Below, in pieces: positions 1 through 9,952 of a DNA stretch of 64,000 bases (position 1 is the first letter of the stretch; every line of letters starts with the position of its first letter). Under the pieces are notes generated by a model, which was not told the origin of the DNA, did no database searches, and saw only the letters and a list, made by a program, of their open reading frames with translations. The stretch spans positions 425,372-489,371 of the forward strand of contig CALMBO010000029.1 in the NCBI GenBank assembly GCA_937860055.1, in the 5' to 3' direction. The DNA comes from an uncultured Verrucomicrobiota bacterium (GTDB lineage Bacteria; Verrucomicrobiota; Kiritimatiellia; CAIQIC01; Lenti-01). The position numbers were made by a program, and so were the translations under genes.

Positions 1-372
1 GTCGCCGGACTCGTCCTCAATTGGACGGCCGTCCGGCAACTGAAATGGCATGTGGACCCGCTCACCATCCACAGCCGCTTCGTGCTGGATGCCACCGGAC
101 ATCCGGCCCATGTGGCGGAAACGCTGGTGCGGAAAATGAACGTCCGGCTGGACACGGCGACCGGCGGACTGGTGGGCGAAAAACCGATGGCGGCGGAGGA
201 CGGCGAACGCCAGACGGTGGAGAACACCCGGCAGGTCTATCCCGGCCTTTTCGTCAGCGGCATGGCGGCCATCACCGTTTGCGGCGGCCACCGCATGGGT
301 CCGGTCTTCGGCGGCATGCTGCTCTCCGGCCGCAAGGCCGCGCAGTCCATGCTCGCGGAGCTCGGGGCATGA
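1..372 (+). CDS. thi4: Thiazole synthase Thi4 family, sulfide-dependent (His) type; 5' truncated
   Basis: Frame open from base 1: VAGLVLNWTAVRQLKWHVDP...LDATGH...PGLFVSGMAA...RMGPVFGGMLLSGRKAA. Lies upstream of thiE and thiC. Confidence 0.9.
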   Translation, partial: VAGLVLNWTAVRQLKWHVDPLTIHSRFVLDATGHPAHVAETLVRKMNVRLDTATGGLVGEKPMAAEDGERQTVENTRQVYPGLFVSGMAAITVCGGHRMGPVFGGMLLSGRKAAQSMLAELGA

Positions 373-1010
373 TGGCCGCCCCTTCCCGCTTGCGGCGCGG
401 ACTCTATCTGGTGCTGACCGATCCGCCCGCCGGCTATGAACGGATGGCCGAGTGGGCCGTGGCCGCCGGTTTGCCGGCCATCCAATTCCGGCCCAGGCGC
501 ACTCCATCGACCGATCAGGAAGCGCTTCGCGTGGCACGCTCCCTCCGTGCCATCACCCGGGGAAGCCAGACTCTTTTCCTCGTCAACGACCGCCCCGATC
601 TGGCCATCCTGGGCGAAGCCGATGGCGTTCATGCCGGGCAGGAGGACCTGCCGGCCGGCGAAGTGCGCCGCCTGATCGGAAACCAGCGGCTGCTGGGACT
701 TTCCACGCACAACCTCGGTCAAGTCCGCGCCGCCAATGAGGAACCGGTGGATTACATCGGGTTCGGCCCGCTGTTTGAAACCAACTCCAAGGAACATCCG
801 GATCCCGTGACCGGCCCCGACCTGCTGGCCCGGGCTGCTGCGCTTTCCCGCCATCCCATTGTCGCCATCGGCGGCCTGACGGCGGAACGCATCGCCGCCT
901 TGCCGCGCGCCCACTACCATTGCGCCGCCGTCATCCGCGCCGTGGCCGAAGCCGCCGATCCCGCTCTCGCAATGAAAACCCTCCAACAGCAACTCACAGG
1001 TGTCGGATGA
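369..1010 (+). CDS. thiE: Thiamine-phosphate synthase
   Basis: LYLV, VNDRPDLA, GVHAGQED, GLSTH, DYIGFGPLFETNSK, VAIGG. ATG overlaps the thi4 stop (ATGA). Confidence 0.92.
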   Translation: MMAAPSRLRRGLYLVLTDPPAGYERMAEWAVAAGLPAIQFRPRRTPSTDQEALRVARSLRAITRGSQTLFLVNDRPDLAILGEADGVHAGQEDLPAGEVRRLIGNQRLLGLSTHNLGQVRAANEEPVDYIGFGPLFETNSKEHPDPVTGPDLLARAAALSRHPIVAIGGLTAERIAALPRAHYHCAAVIRAVAEAADPALAMKTLQQQLTGVG

Positions 1011-2314
1011 ATATATCCCTCAAGCAAGCCGCCGAACGCGGACTCATCACCCCCGCCATGCAGGCGGTGGCCGCCGCCGAAGCCCTCCCCCCTGAAACCA
1101 TTCGCGCCGGACTGGCGGACGGGAGCATCGTCATTCCCGGCAACAACCGGCGACGCCTCCAGAACCCGCGCGGCATCGGACGGGGCCTGGCCACCAAAAT
1201 CAACGTGAATCTGGGTGCCTCGCCGCACCACACGGACCTGGCCGAAGAACTCCAAAAGCTGGGGGTGGCCGTGGCCTGCGGCGCGGATGCCGTCATGGAT
1301 CTGTCCCTCGGGCCGCGCCTGAACGAAATCCGCCGCGCCATCCTCGACCGCTCGCCCCTCATGGTCGGCACCGTGCCGATCTACCAGACGGGCTTCGAGC
1401 TGGCCCGCGCGCGGCGCGACATCACGACCCTGACAGCCGCGGATTTCCTGAAAACCGTGGAGCAGCAGGCGGAGGAAGGGGTGGATTTCATGACGATCCA
1501 TGCCGGAGTGACCCGTGCCACCTTGACCGCCATGGAGCGCCAGGGACGCCTGCTGGACATCGTCAGCCGCGGCGGCTCCATGCTGGCGGCCTGGTTGCGC
1601 CAGCATCCCGGATGCGAATCGCCGTTGTACGACGCCTTCGAAGATCTCCTCGACCTTCTGGCCGCCTACGACATCACCCTCAGCCTGGGCGACGGCCTGC
1701 GCCCCGGCGCCACCGCCGACGCCACCGACCGAGCCCAGATCGGCGAACTGCTGGTCCTGGGCGAGTTGACCGAACGGGCCTGGGCCAAGGGGGTGCAGGT
1801 CATCATCGAAGGACCGGGCCATGTGCCGCTGCACATGGTCGCCGACAACATGCGCATGGAAAAACAGCTGTGCCATGGCGCCCCCTTCTACGTGCTCGGA
1901 CCGCTGGTCACCGACGTCGCCGCCGGACACGACCATGTCGCCGCCGCCATCGGCGGCGCCGTGGCGGCCCTCCATGGCGCGGACTTCCTCTGCTACGTGA
2001 CGCCCGCCGAACACCTGCGCCTGCCCACCGTGGCCGATGTGCGCGAAGGAGTCATCGCCTCCAGGATCGCAGCCCATGCCGCCGACGTGGCCAAGGGCCG
2101 CCCCGGTGCGCTCGCCCGGGAGGCCGCCATGGCCCGCGCCCGGAAGTCCCTCGACTGGGATGCCCAGATCCAGCTGGCCCTGGATCCCGAAAAAGCCCGC
2201 CAATCCCGGGCCGGCAGCGAAATCGGCGGGGAATCCGTCTGCACGATGTGCGGCGAATTCTGCGCCATCCGGCGCATGAACGACAGCGCAGCTTTGCCCG
2301 CCCCCCTCCCCTGA
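1007..2314 (+). CDS. thiC: Phosphomethylpyrimidine synthase ThiC
   Basis: TKINVNLG, MDLS, GTVPIYQ, DFMTIHAG, SRGGS, GDGLRPG, EGPGH, YVTPAEHL and C-terminal CTMCGEFC. ATGA overlap with thiE. Confidence 0.9.
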   Translation: MNISLKQAAERGLITPAMQAVAAAEALPPETIRAGLADGSIVIPGNNRRRLQNPRGIGRGLATKINVNLGASPHHTDLAEELQKLGVAVACGADAVMDLSLGPRLNEIRRAILDRSPLMVGTVPIYQTGFELARARRDITTLTAADFLKTVEQQAEEGVDFMTIHAGVTRATLTAMERQGRLLDIVSRGGSMLAAWLRQHPGCESPLYDAFEDLLDLLAAYDITLSLGDGLRPGATADATDRAQIGELLVLGELTERAWAKGVQVIIEGPGHVPLHMVADNMRMEKQLCHGAPFYVLGPLVTDVAAGHDHVAAAIGGAVAALHGADFLCYVTPAEHLRLPTVADVREGVIASRIAAHAADVAKGRPGALAREAAMARARKSLDWDAQIQLALDPEKARQSRAGSEIGGESVCTMCGEFCAIRRMNDSAALPAPLP

Positions 2315-2320
2315 AAAGCA

Positions 2321-2350
2321 AACCGCCCTCTCCGGGAGGAGGGGGCGGTT
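2321..2350. terminator. Hairpin between convergent thiC and V-ATPase K; likely terminator
   Basis: AACCGCCCTCTCC-GGGA-GGAGGGGGCGGTT stem; followed by TGCTTTT on the minus strand. Confidence 0.6.
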
Positions 2351-2374
2351 GCACAAGGCCGAAGACCTTCGTCT

Positions 2375-2839
2375 CTACGCCATGAACGACGAGCGGATGA
2401 ACACCAGCACGAACAAGGCCACCGTCTCGATGACGCCCAGCGTCATCAGGTAGTTGCCGAAGCCCTGGCCCGTTTCGGCCAGCGCGTCTGCGCCGGCCGC
2501 GCCGGCATAGCCCTGGAACCAGGCGGAAACGCCGATCCCCAGGCCGCCGCAGATGCCGCCGATCAGCATCGTCGCCCAGTTCTGGGCCGCCGCCGAGCTC
2601 TTCGCCACTTCGACCATCCAGCCCATCAGGATCATGCCGTAGATGGTCTGCGACAGGGGCGCGCCGATGAACGTGATCAGGATGAAAGGCGCCGCCTTGC
2701 TCTGCGCGTAGCACTTCTTCCACGCGCCGATCGCCGACGAACCCGCCAGCCCCGCGCCGATGGACGAACCCACCGCCGCCAAACCCAGCGCCGCCGCGCC
2801 GCCCGCCTTGCCCAATGCCTCGATTGTTCCTGCATCCAT
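2375..2839 (-). CDS. atpK: V-type ATP synthase subunit K (proteolipid)
   Basis: Four-TM Gly/Ala-rich protein with PLSQTIYG, FQG and IETVALF; operon position. Confidence 0.93.
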   Translation of the reverse strand: MDAGTIEALGKAGGAAALGLAAVGSSIGAGLAGSSAIGAWKKCYAQSKAAPFILITFIGAPLSQTIYGMILMGWMVEVAKSSAAAQNWATMLIGGICGGLGIGVSAWFQGYAGAAGADALAETGQGFGNYLMTLGVIETVALFVLVFIRSSFMA

Positions 2840-2900
2840 GTTTGCTCTCCTCGATTCCGGGCGTCTCCGCCCTTCTTTTTTAAACCTGTTCCTCTGTTCC

Positions 2901-4718
2901 TTATGCCGCCTCGGGCTTCGCGAAAGGCCGGTACGGAGACCCGCTCCACGAAATGCCCTTGTGGTTCGAAAATTCCAGCGTGTTCAACCGGATGCCGTGC
3001 ACCAGCACGCCCATCGTGCTCAGCAGGATGTTCAGCGTGTGCGCCAGGAACGCCAGCACCGCCCCCACCAGCAATCCAACAAGCGAGACGTCGCCTCCGG
3101 GGAAGATCATGTTGTTGAACGCGTTCGCCACCGCGAATCCCGCCGTGCCCACCGCGTAGAGACGCACATAGGACACCACGTCGGTGAAGTTGCTCACCAG
3201 GTTCAGCGGCAGCAGCGCCAGGTTGAACCAGCCGTCCTTGATCTCCTTCGGCGGCATCATGAACAGGACGATCAGCGCGATGCCCGCGACCAGCGCATAG
3301 CCCAGGACCGTCCACAACGCGGACGTTGCGGCTTCGGACAGGCCCAGATACGACAGCATGTTTCCCTTGAGCACCATGCTGTCGGCCAGGAAGAACATGA
3401 ACCAGGTCGTCAGCGTCCAGCCCACCTGCTCCAGCGCCTTCAGCTTCTTCGCCTTCGCCAGGTCCACCACGTTCCACAGGTGGCCGATCGTGATCTGGAC
3501 CGTGCCGATCAGGAAGCAAAGCCCCATGATGTTCTTGGCCGAGCGCTCGGGATCGGTCAGGAACGGGATCTGGATCTTGTCGAGCCCCGCCCGGGCCAGG
3601 ATTTCCGGCGAGATGCCGAAGACCGTCCCCGTGACGAGGCCCCAGACCATCGTGCAGACGCTGGTCACCGTCAGGAGGCGGAAGGCGTCCTTCGGCAGTT
3701 TCCTCCGCGCCCACCAGGTCAGGCCCAGGAAAATCGCGCCATAGCCGGCGTCGCCGATGATCATCGCGAAGAACAGCGAGAAGAACAGCATGAAGACCAC
3801 GCTGACATCCGCCTCGGCATAGCCCGGCAGGATGTTGATGCCCTGGAACACCGCCTTGACGGGAGATGCCCAGCGCGGAGGCCTGAGCTTGACCGGCACG
3901 TCGTCCTGCGGACCGGGATCCTCGACCACCAGCCCCCAGCCATGCCGGCCCGCCTCCCGGCGGACCGCCTCGACATCGTCCGCCGGAACAAATCCCTGCA
4001 CGAAAGAGATGGATTCCGCCGAACCCATGCCCGCGCGGACTTCCTGCAACCTCACCTCGGCCTCGGCCTCGGCCAGCAGCCTCTCCAACAGCGGGCGGTC
4101 GCCGGAGGCCGCCTGCAGTCCCTTCGCGCTTTCCGCCAAGGCATGCTGGAGACGGCCGATTTCATTCTGCAGTTCCGCCGTGGAATCTTCCGGCAGGCGC
4201 TGCTCGTCCGCCCCGGTCCATTCGAAGGGTTTGCTCCCGAACAAGGCCCAGTAGGCATCGGCCTTCCGCACGGCCATCTTCTGCGCCGCCACCCCCTCGG
4301 GCAGCGGCAGGACGGTCTTGGCGGACGCACGGTACAGCTTGAGGAAAACGCCCTTATCGGCCAAGGCCTCCACCGCCGCCGGGTCGAACGCGCCGAACGG
4401 TTCCATCCGCGCGAGTTCCGCCTGGAGGAAGTCGAGCCGCTCCTGCCAATCCTTGCGCTCGTCCAGCAGATCGCCGGTCTCCGCCATCACCGCGAAGGCA
4501 TCGCGCCCCGTGGGCTTCGCGCCGTCGGGCGCCGGGGGCAGCGCCTCCAGGAGCCGGCGGAGGCCCGCCGCCTTTTCGCGGGCATCCTCCAGTCCCGCCC
4601 CCGACGGATGCACCACCGGCTTGACGTGCAGCACGCCCAGGCCCCGCAGGGCCTCCAGCGTCGCCGACCGGCCGTGCGCCAGGCAGAGCAGCGTCAATTT
4701 CTTCATCTGGACGATCAT
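2901..4718 (-). CDS. atpI: V-type ATP synthase subunit I
   Basis: Start MIVQMKKLTL; IIGDAGYG, DVVSYVRLYAVG, HGIRLNTLEF. Overlaps the subunit D stop. Confidence 0.93.
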   Translation of the reverse strand: MIVQMKKLTLLCLAHGRSATLEALRGLGVLHVKPVVHPSGAGLEDAREKAAGLRRLLEALPPAPDGAKPTGRDAFAVMAETGDLLDERKDWQERLDFLQAELARMEPFGAFDPAAVEALADKGVFLKLYRASAKTVLPLPEGVAAQKMAVRKADAYWALFGSKPFEWTGADEQRLPEDSTAELQNEIGRLQHALAESAKGLQAASGDRPLLERLLAEAEAEVRLQEVRAGMGSAESISFVQGFVPADDVEAVRREAGRHGWGLVVEDPGPQDDVPVKLRPPRWASPVKAVFQGINILPGYAEADVSVVFMLFFSLFFAMIIGDAGYGAIFLGLTWWARRKLPKDAFRLLTVTSVCTMVWGLVTGTVFGISPEILARAGLDKIQIPFLTDPERSAKNIMGLCFLIGTVQITIGHLWNVVDLAKAKKLKALEQVGWTLTTWFMFFLADSMVLKGNMLSYLGLSEAATSALWTVLGYALVAGIALIVLFMMPPKEIKDGWFNLALLPLNLVSNFTDVVSYVRLYAVGTAGFAVANAFNNMIFPGGDVSLVGLLVGAVLAFLAHTLNILLSTMGVLVHGIRLNTLEFSNHKGISWSGSPYRPFAKPEAA

Positions 4719-5347
4719 GCCGCCGTTCCCTCCGGCGCCGCCGCTTCCGCGGCCGCCTTCTTCACGCTCTTGCCCTTGGCGATCTTCGAACGCACCACGG
4801 CACCCGTGTTTTCGTCGCCCAGGAAGATGCGGATGCGGCGGATGTTCTCCGCGCATTCCGGAATCTTCACCTTCTCGAACAGATTGACGCGCTGGCTGGT
4901 GGTGCGCAGCTCCTCGGCCAGCAGCCGGTGCTGCTCCTCGAGCAGGCGCCGCTCGATCCGCAGGCGGAAGAGCAGTTCCAGCGTCGAAAGCCCCTCGTCC
5001 AGCCACGCCGGGGTCGCCCACAGGTCCGGCGCCGTCCGCTGGAAGCGGATTTCCTTCAGCGTCCGCACCGCCACGCCGGCGATGTTCCCCGGCTCCACGT
5101 CGATCGCCTCGACCGACAGCCACGAGAGGTAGTCCAGCGGATCGGAATACAGCTTGACCCAGTCGGCCAGGGCGCCGCGCGCGGCCTCCTCCTCGGCCTT
5201 CTTTTCGGCGACGCGCTGGTCCACCTGCCGGATTTCCATCTGCAGCTGCTGCTTCTTCAGCTGCAGCGTCGGCAGATAGCGGCGGTAGCGCTTCAGCGCG
5301 TCCCGCTGCGCCTTCAGTTCGGTCTTGGTGTTCTTGACCTTGCCCAT
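4715..5347 (-). CDS. atpD: V-type ATP synthase subunit D
   Basis: LPTLQLKKQQL, GNIAGV, TTSQRVNLFEKVKIP. Confidence 0.93.
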   Translation of the reverse strand: MGKVKNTKTELKAQRDALKRYRRYLPTLQLKKQQLQMEIRQVDQRVAEKKAEEEAARGALADWVKLYSDPLDYLSWLSVEAIDVEPGNIAGVAVRTLKEIRFQRTAPDLWATPAWLDEGLSTLELLFRLRIERRLLEEQHRLLAEELRTTSQRVNLFEKVKIPECAENIRRIRIFLGDENTGAVVRSKIAKGKSVKKAAAEAAAPEGTAA

Positions 5348-5360
5348 CGCCGGCCCGTCC

Positions 5361-6662
5361 CTACGCGGTCTTCTTCGGCCAGAATTTCCCGGTCAGCTTC
5401 GACGAAATGCCCGTTTCCGCGGGGTCGAAGCAGTCCGCCATGATCTGCCAGCCCAGGTCCAGCGCGGCTTCCAGCGGGATGTTGACGGACAGGTCCATCA
5501 TCTCCTTCTCGAAACGCTCGCCGTACTTGAGCAGCTTGTTGTCCCATGCGCTCATGCGGAAGCCCATGGACTGCTTCTCCAGCGTCTCCTTGTAGGACGC
5601 GTAGAGCTGGATCATCGTGTTCATCACCGTGCGGTGGTCTTCGCGGGTCTTGCCGTTCACCTGCTGCTTCAGGCGGGACAGCGATCCGAACGGCTCGATG
5701 CGCCCGTTGCGGAGATAGAACTGGCCCTCGGTGATGTAGCCCGTGTTGTCGGGCACCGGGTGAGTCACGTCGTCGCCCGGCATCGTCGTCACCGCCAGGA
5801 TCGTGATCGAGCCGGCGCCCTCGAAGTCCACGGCCTTCTCGTAGCGCGCCGCGAGCTGCGAATACAGATCGCCCGGATAGCCGCGGTTCGAGGGAATCTG
5901 CTCCATCGTGATGGCGATCTCCTTCAGGGCGTCGGCGAAGCTCGTCATGTCCGTCAGCAGCACCAGCACGCGCTTGTTCTGCAGCGCGAACTGCTCGGCC
6001 ACGGCCAGCGAGATGTCCGGCACCATCTGGCATTCCACCGTCGGATCGGCCGCCGTGTGGATGAACAGGATCGAGCGCGAGAGCGCCCCGTTGGCCTCCA
6101 GCGTGTCGCGGAACTGCAGGTAGTCGTCGTGCTTCAGCCCCATGCCGCCCAGGATGATGATGTCCACCTCGGCCTGCAGGGCGATGCGCGCCAGCAGCTC
6201 GTTGTACGGCTCGCCCGCCGCGGCGAAGATCGGCAGCTTCTGAGATTCCACCAGCGAGTTGAACACATCGATCATCGGGATGCCCGTGCGGACCATCTTG
6301 CGCGGGATGATGCGCTTGGCGGGATTCACCGAAGGGCCGCCGATGGGGATGCGGTTCTCGTCCAGTTCCGGCCCGTTGTCGCGCGGCCGGCCCGATCCGT
6401 TGAACACGCGGCCCAGCAGGGCCTCCGTGAACGAAATGTCCATCTTGTGTCCCAGGAAGCGCACCTGGCCGTCCGTCGAGATGCCGCGGCTGCCCGCAAA
6501 CACCTGCAAGAACACTTTTTCGCGGTCCAGCCGGATGACCTGCGCCAGCGAGGTCCCCAGCGTGCCGACCACCTGCGCCAGCTCGCCGTTCGCCACGCCG
6601 TCGGCGCGGACCGTGATCACGTTGCCCGCGATCTGCTCGATGCGATGATAGACCTTATGCAT
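5361..6662 (-). CDS. atpB: V-type ATP synthase subunit B
   Basis: [49 protein letters not shown]. Confidence 0.96.
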   Translation of the reverse strand: MHKVYHRIEQIAGNVITVRADGVANGELAQVVGTLGTSLAQVIRLDREKVFLQVFAGSRGISTDGQVRFLGHKMDISFTEALLGRVFNGSGRPRDNGPELDENRIPIGGPSVNPAKRIIPRKMVRTGIPMIDVFNSLVESQKLPIFAAAGEPYNELLARIALQAEVDIIILGGMGLKHDDYLQFRDTLEANGALSRSILFIHTAADPTVECQMVPDISLAVAEQFALQNKRVLVLLTDMTSFADALKEIAITMEQIPSNRGYPGDLYSQLAARYEKAVDFEGAGSITILAVTTMPGDDVTHPVPDNTGYITEGQFYLRNGRIEPFGSLSRLKQQVNGKTREDHRTVMNTMIQLYASYKETLEKQSMGFRMSAWDNKLLKYGERFEKEMMDLSVNIPLEAALDLGWQIMADCFDPAETGISSKLTGKFWPKKTA

Positions 6663-8388
6663 GTTCCGAAACCTCCGCCAGCATCGCGTCGATGCGCTGT
6701 TCCAGTTGCTTGAATTCCGCCGCGTCCATCGGGACCAGGTTCCAGTCCTTCGTCACCGAGGTGAGCTGCAGGAACCACTTGCGCGCCGCGTCCTTGTCCG
6801 GGAAGAACACCTTCGCCGTCAGGATCCCGTGGATCTTGGCGAACACGTATTTCTGCCGGTCCGCGCCCGTCGCCGCGTCCACGTCGTGGAAGCTGTTCTG
6901 CTGCAGGTAGGTCGCGTCCAGGAATTCGCTCTTCAGGTAGACCACGAAATCGTCGATGCTCGTGCCTTCCTCGCCGACCACCTTCATCATCTGGCTGACT
7001 TCGTTGCCCTGCCGCAGCGTCTTGCGCGCCTGCGCGACCTGCTTGGCATCCACCACGCCCGGATACTTGCTCCAGCTGTCCAGCGGATGGATCGCCGGAT
7101 AGCGCCGCGCGTCCGACCGCTCGCGGTTCAGGCCGTGGAACGCGCCCACCACCTTCAGCGTCGCCTGCGTCACCGGCTCGTCGAAGTTGCCGCCGGCCGG
7201 CGACACCGTCCCGCCGATCGTCACCGACCCCGTCGTGCCGTCCTTGAGCTTCACCACGCCGCCGCGCTCGTAGAACGCCGCGATCACGGATTCGAGGTAC
7301 GCCGGGAAGGCTTCTTCGCCCGGGATTTCCTCGAGGCGGCCGCTCATTTCGCGCAGCGCCTGCGCCCAGCGGCTCGTCGAGTCCGCCAGCAGCATCACGT
7401 TCAGCCCCATCTGCCGGTAGTATTCGCAGATCGTCACCGCCGTGTAGACCGACGCTTCGCGCGCAGCCACCGGCATGGACGACGTGTTGCAGATGATCAG
7501 CGTCCGCTCCATCAGGCTCTTGCCCGTGCGCGGGTCCGTCAGCTCGGGGAATTCGCGGAGGGTTTCCACCACCTCGCCCGCGCGCTCGCCGCACGCCGCC
7601 ACCAGCACGATGTCCACGTCCGCGTGCTTGCTGGTGATCTGCTGCAGCACGGTCTTGCCCGCGCCGAACGGCCCCGGAATGCAATACACGCCGCCGCGCG
7701 CCACCGGGAAGAACGTGTCGATGATGCGCACCTTCGTCACCAGCGGCTCCACCGGACGCAGGCGCTCGGCGTAGGCCTTGATCGGCACTTTCACCGGCCA
7801 TTCCTGCACCATCGTCACGGAGATGACGTCCCCGCGCTCGCCGCGCAGCTTCGCCACCACCTGGTCCACGTTGTACGAACCCGCCGCGACCGCCTCCTCG
7901 ACCTTGTATTTGCCCGGCAGGCGGAACGGCACCATGATGCGGTGCTGGAAAATGCCTTCGGGAACGGTCCCGAGCGTGTCGCCCGCCGTCACTTCGTCGC
8001 CCTTGCGCGCCTGGGGGGTGTAGGCCCACTTCTTTGCGCGGTCCAGCGCCTTCAGGTAGGTGCCGCGCTGCAGGAAGAAGCCGCACTTCTCCGCCAGCTT
8101 GGGCAGCGGGTTCTGCAAGCCGTCATACACCTGCGCCAGCAGGCCCGGCCCCAGCTCCACCGCCAGCAGGTTGCCGCTGAATTCGACCGGATCGCCCACC
8201 TTCAGGCCCGTCGTGTCCTCGAACACCTGCAGTTCCGCGTTCTCTCCGCGGATGCGGATGACCTCCGCTTTCAGCGCGGTCTCGCCGATGCGCGCATAGC
8301 CCACTTCGCTCTGCGTCACCGGCTTGTCGAACCGCACCGTGATCAGGTTGCCGTTGATCCCCACGATTTTTCCGATGTTTTCGCTCAT
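6655..8388 (-). CDS. atpA: V-type ATP synthase subunit A
   Basis: P-loop [49 protein letters not shown]. Confidence 0.96.
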   Translation of the reverse strand: MSENIGKIVGINGNLITVRFDKPVTQSEVGYARIGETALKAEVIRIRGENAELQVFEDTTGLKVGDPVEFSGNLLAVELGPGLLAQVYDGLQNPLPKLAEKCGFFLQRGTYLKALDRAKKWAYTPQARKGDEVTAGDTLGTVPEGIFQHRIMVPFRLPGKYKVEEAVAAGSYNVDQVVAKLRGERGDVISVTMVQEWPVKVPIKAYAERLRPVEPLVTKVRIIDTFFPVARGGVYCIPGPFGAGKTVLQQITSKHADVDIVLVAACGERAGEVVETLREFPELTDPRTGKSLMERTLIICNTSSMPVAAREASVYTAVTICEYYRQMGLNVMLLADSTSRWAQALREMSGRLEEIPGEEAFPAYLESVIAAFYERGGVVKLKDGTTGSVTIGGTVSPAGGNFDEPVTQATLKVVGAFHGLNRERSDARRYPAIHPLDSWSKYPGVVDAKQVAQARKTLRQGNEVSQMMKVVGEEGTSIDDFVVYLKSEFLDATYLQQNSFHDVDAATGADRQKYVFAKIHGILTAKVFFPDKDAARKWFLQLTSVTKDWNLVPMDAAEFKQLEQRIDAMLAEVSEHA

Positions 8389-8403
8389 CTTCGACCGCCT
8401 TCG

Positions 8404-8964
8404 CTATTTGAAACTCGCCGCTCCGCTCTGGGCCGCGTTCTCTTCCAGTTGGGAAACCAGTTGTTCGAGCCGCTCCCGGCCCGCCTCTTCCTTCATCGCC
8501 GCCCAGCGGTCCGCCAGCATCAGTTTGACCGCGAACGCCAGCACCGCCGGCAGGCCGGACGCGTCGGCGCGACCGAGCTCATCGACGAACTTCCAGCGCG
8601 CCAGATCCAGCCCCGTCTCGCGGGCCAGCGGACTCGCCTTGGCCAGCGCGTCGGATACTTCCTTGTCCAGCCACACCGCATAGCCGGAATGGCCGTGCAG
8701 GAACGGCTTCGCCTCCACCCCCAGCTTCGCCCCGCGCGTCTTCGCCGCCGTGTTGCGGATCTGCGCATCGCCCGCCGCCCACGCCCTCGAGAACGCCGAG
8801 CTTCCCTCCGCCGCCCGGCCCGCCAGCACCCGGTCCAGCTCCGCCAGGTCCGCCTTGCCCAGCACGCCCTGGCACCGGAACCGGAATTCCGCCGGCGTGA
8901 ACGGAGGCGGCGCCTCCAGCGACAGCGCCGGAAGCGACGACACCAGATAGTGGTAGAGGCCCAT
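8404..8964 (-). CDS. V-ATPase-associated DUF2764-like protein (subunit C-like)
   Basis: YHYLVSSLPAL N-terminus; sits between E and A as in chlamydial, Bacteroidetes and spirochaete operons. Confidence 0.75.
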   Translation of the reverse strand: MGLYHYLVSSLPALSLEAPPPFTPAEFRFRCQGVLGKADLAELDRVLAGRAAEGSSAFSRAWAAGDAQIRNTAAKTRGAKLGVEAKPFLHGHSGYAVWLDKEVSDALAKASPLARETGLDLARWKFVDELGRADASGLPAVLAFAVKLMLADRWAAMKEEAGRERLEQLVSQLEENAAQSGAASFK

Positions 8965-8973
8965 CCGCGAACC

Positions 8974-9585
8974 TTATTCCGCCGCCTTCTTCACGATCTG
9001 CGCCAGCTCCGGCCGCAGGAAGTTCGACAGCGATTCCGCGATCGCCTCCTTGGTGAAGTCATGGAACACCTGGCCACCCTTCGCGCCCACGCGGAAGCCC
9101 TTGAAAATTTCCTTGTCGCTCTCGATCTGGATCCCCGCCGCCAGCTTGTTCTGGTATTCCTTCCCAAACGCCGCCTTCACGGCCGCCGCATCCGCCTCGC
9201 CCAGCATCGCGACAATCCCGCCATCGCCGCCGCCCTTGGCATAGGCCTCCGCCAGCTTCAGCAGCATCTGCGCCATCAGGTCCGGCGTCAGCGCCGCGCC
9301 CACCTTCGCGTCCACGATGCCGCCCACCACGTCGCCCACGGAGCCGCCGATGCTGATCAAGAGGTCGCGCGCCGCCTGCCGGAGGGTCGCCTGTCCGCGC
9401 TCCGCGAACGCCGAGGAATCCTTCTCGGCCTTCTCGACCATGTCCTTCGCCTGCTTCTGGGCTTCGGCCACGATCGCCGCCGCCTTCTTCTTCGCCTCCG
9501 CCACCAGCGAATCCGACGCCTTTTCTCCGGATTCGACCCCTTCCTTGCGGATACGTTCGATCAAATGTTGCAGTTCTTCAGCCAT
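8974..9585 (-). CDS. atpE: V-type ATP synthase subunit E
   Basis: LQHLIERIRKEGV coiled-coil N-terminus; GFRVG...DFT C-terminus; first gene of the operon. Confidence 0.88.
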   Translation of the reverse strand: MAEELQHLIERIRKEGVESGEKASDSLVAEAKKKAAAIVAEAQKQAKDMVEKAEKDSSAFAERGQATLRQAARDLLISIGGSVGDVVGGIVDAKVGAALTPDLMAQMLLKLAEAYAKGGGDGGIVAMLGEADAAAVKAAFGKEYQNKLAAGIQIESDKEIFKGFRVGAKGGQVFHDFTKEAIAESLSNFLRPELAQIVKKAAE

Positions 9586-9626
9586 GGCTTTTCCTTTGCT
9601 CCATAGAAATATGAAAACGCCCCGCC

Positions 9627-9655
9627 ACGATACACCCCCCCGCCCCCCCCTTCAA
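9627..9655 (-). promoter_or_regulatory. Sigma70-like promoter of the V-ATPase operon
   Basis: TTGAAG-17bp-TATCGT on the minus strand, about 40 bp upstream of the subunit E start. Confidence 0.55.
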
Positions 9656-9668
9656 CCCCAAAAACCGC

Positions 9669-9694
9669 CTTCCTCATCCCTCTTCCTCATCCCT
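9669..9694. repeat. 13-bp tandem duplication
   Basis: CTTCCTCATCCCT occurs twice in direct tandem. Confidence 0.7.
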
Positions 9695-9840
9695 CCGCGC
9701 CGCCTTCTAAGAGTTCAATCCCCAATCCGTCGCCCGTTTCGCATCCTCCCAATCTGCCTTGCTCTAGACAGGCCCGTGCAGGCCTGCCGTCTTCTTGCTC
9801 TGTCCCCCATGCCACCACTCGCCGCCCTTGCACTGACCCG

Positions 9841-9869
9841 TTGACCCGCCCTTCCGAAACCTCTATCCT
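9841..9869 (+). promoter_or_regulatory. Sigma70-like promoter
   Basis: TTGACC-17bp-TATCCT upstream of the 9953 ORF. Confidence 0.5.
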
Positions 9870-9952
9870 GCAGGCAGTGGATGCCTTGACCATCCCCGCA
9901 AGCGGCACAAACTGGTTTCGGGCGAATAGATACTTTCTGACTTCGAAAAAAG

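Noticed and set aside
1007-2314. BzaA/B/F instead of ThiC
   Set aside because: Translationally coupled to thi4-thiE and no cobamide genes nearby. Not formally excluded without a tree.
6661-9606. 981-aa plus-strand ORF (likewise 2760-5132, 20917-24006, 43945-46878)
   Set aside because: Antisense shadows of well-supported minus-strand genes.
9877-9888. GTGGATGCCTTG resembles the 23S rRNA 5' region
   Set aside because: A 12-bp match with no further rRNA similarity.
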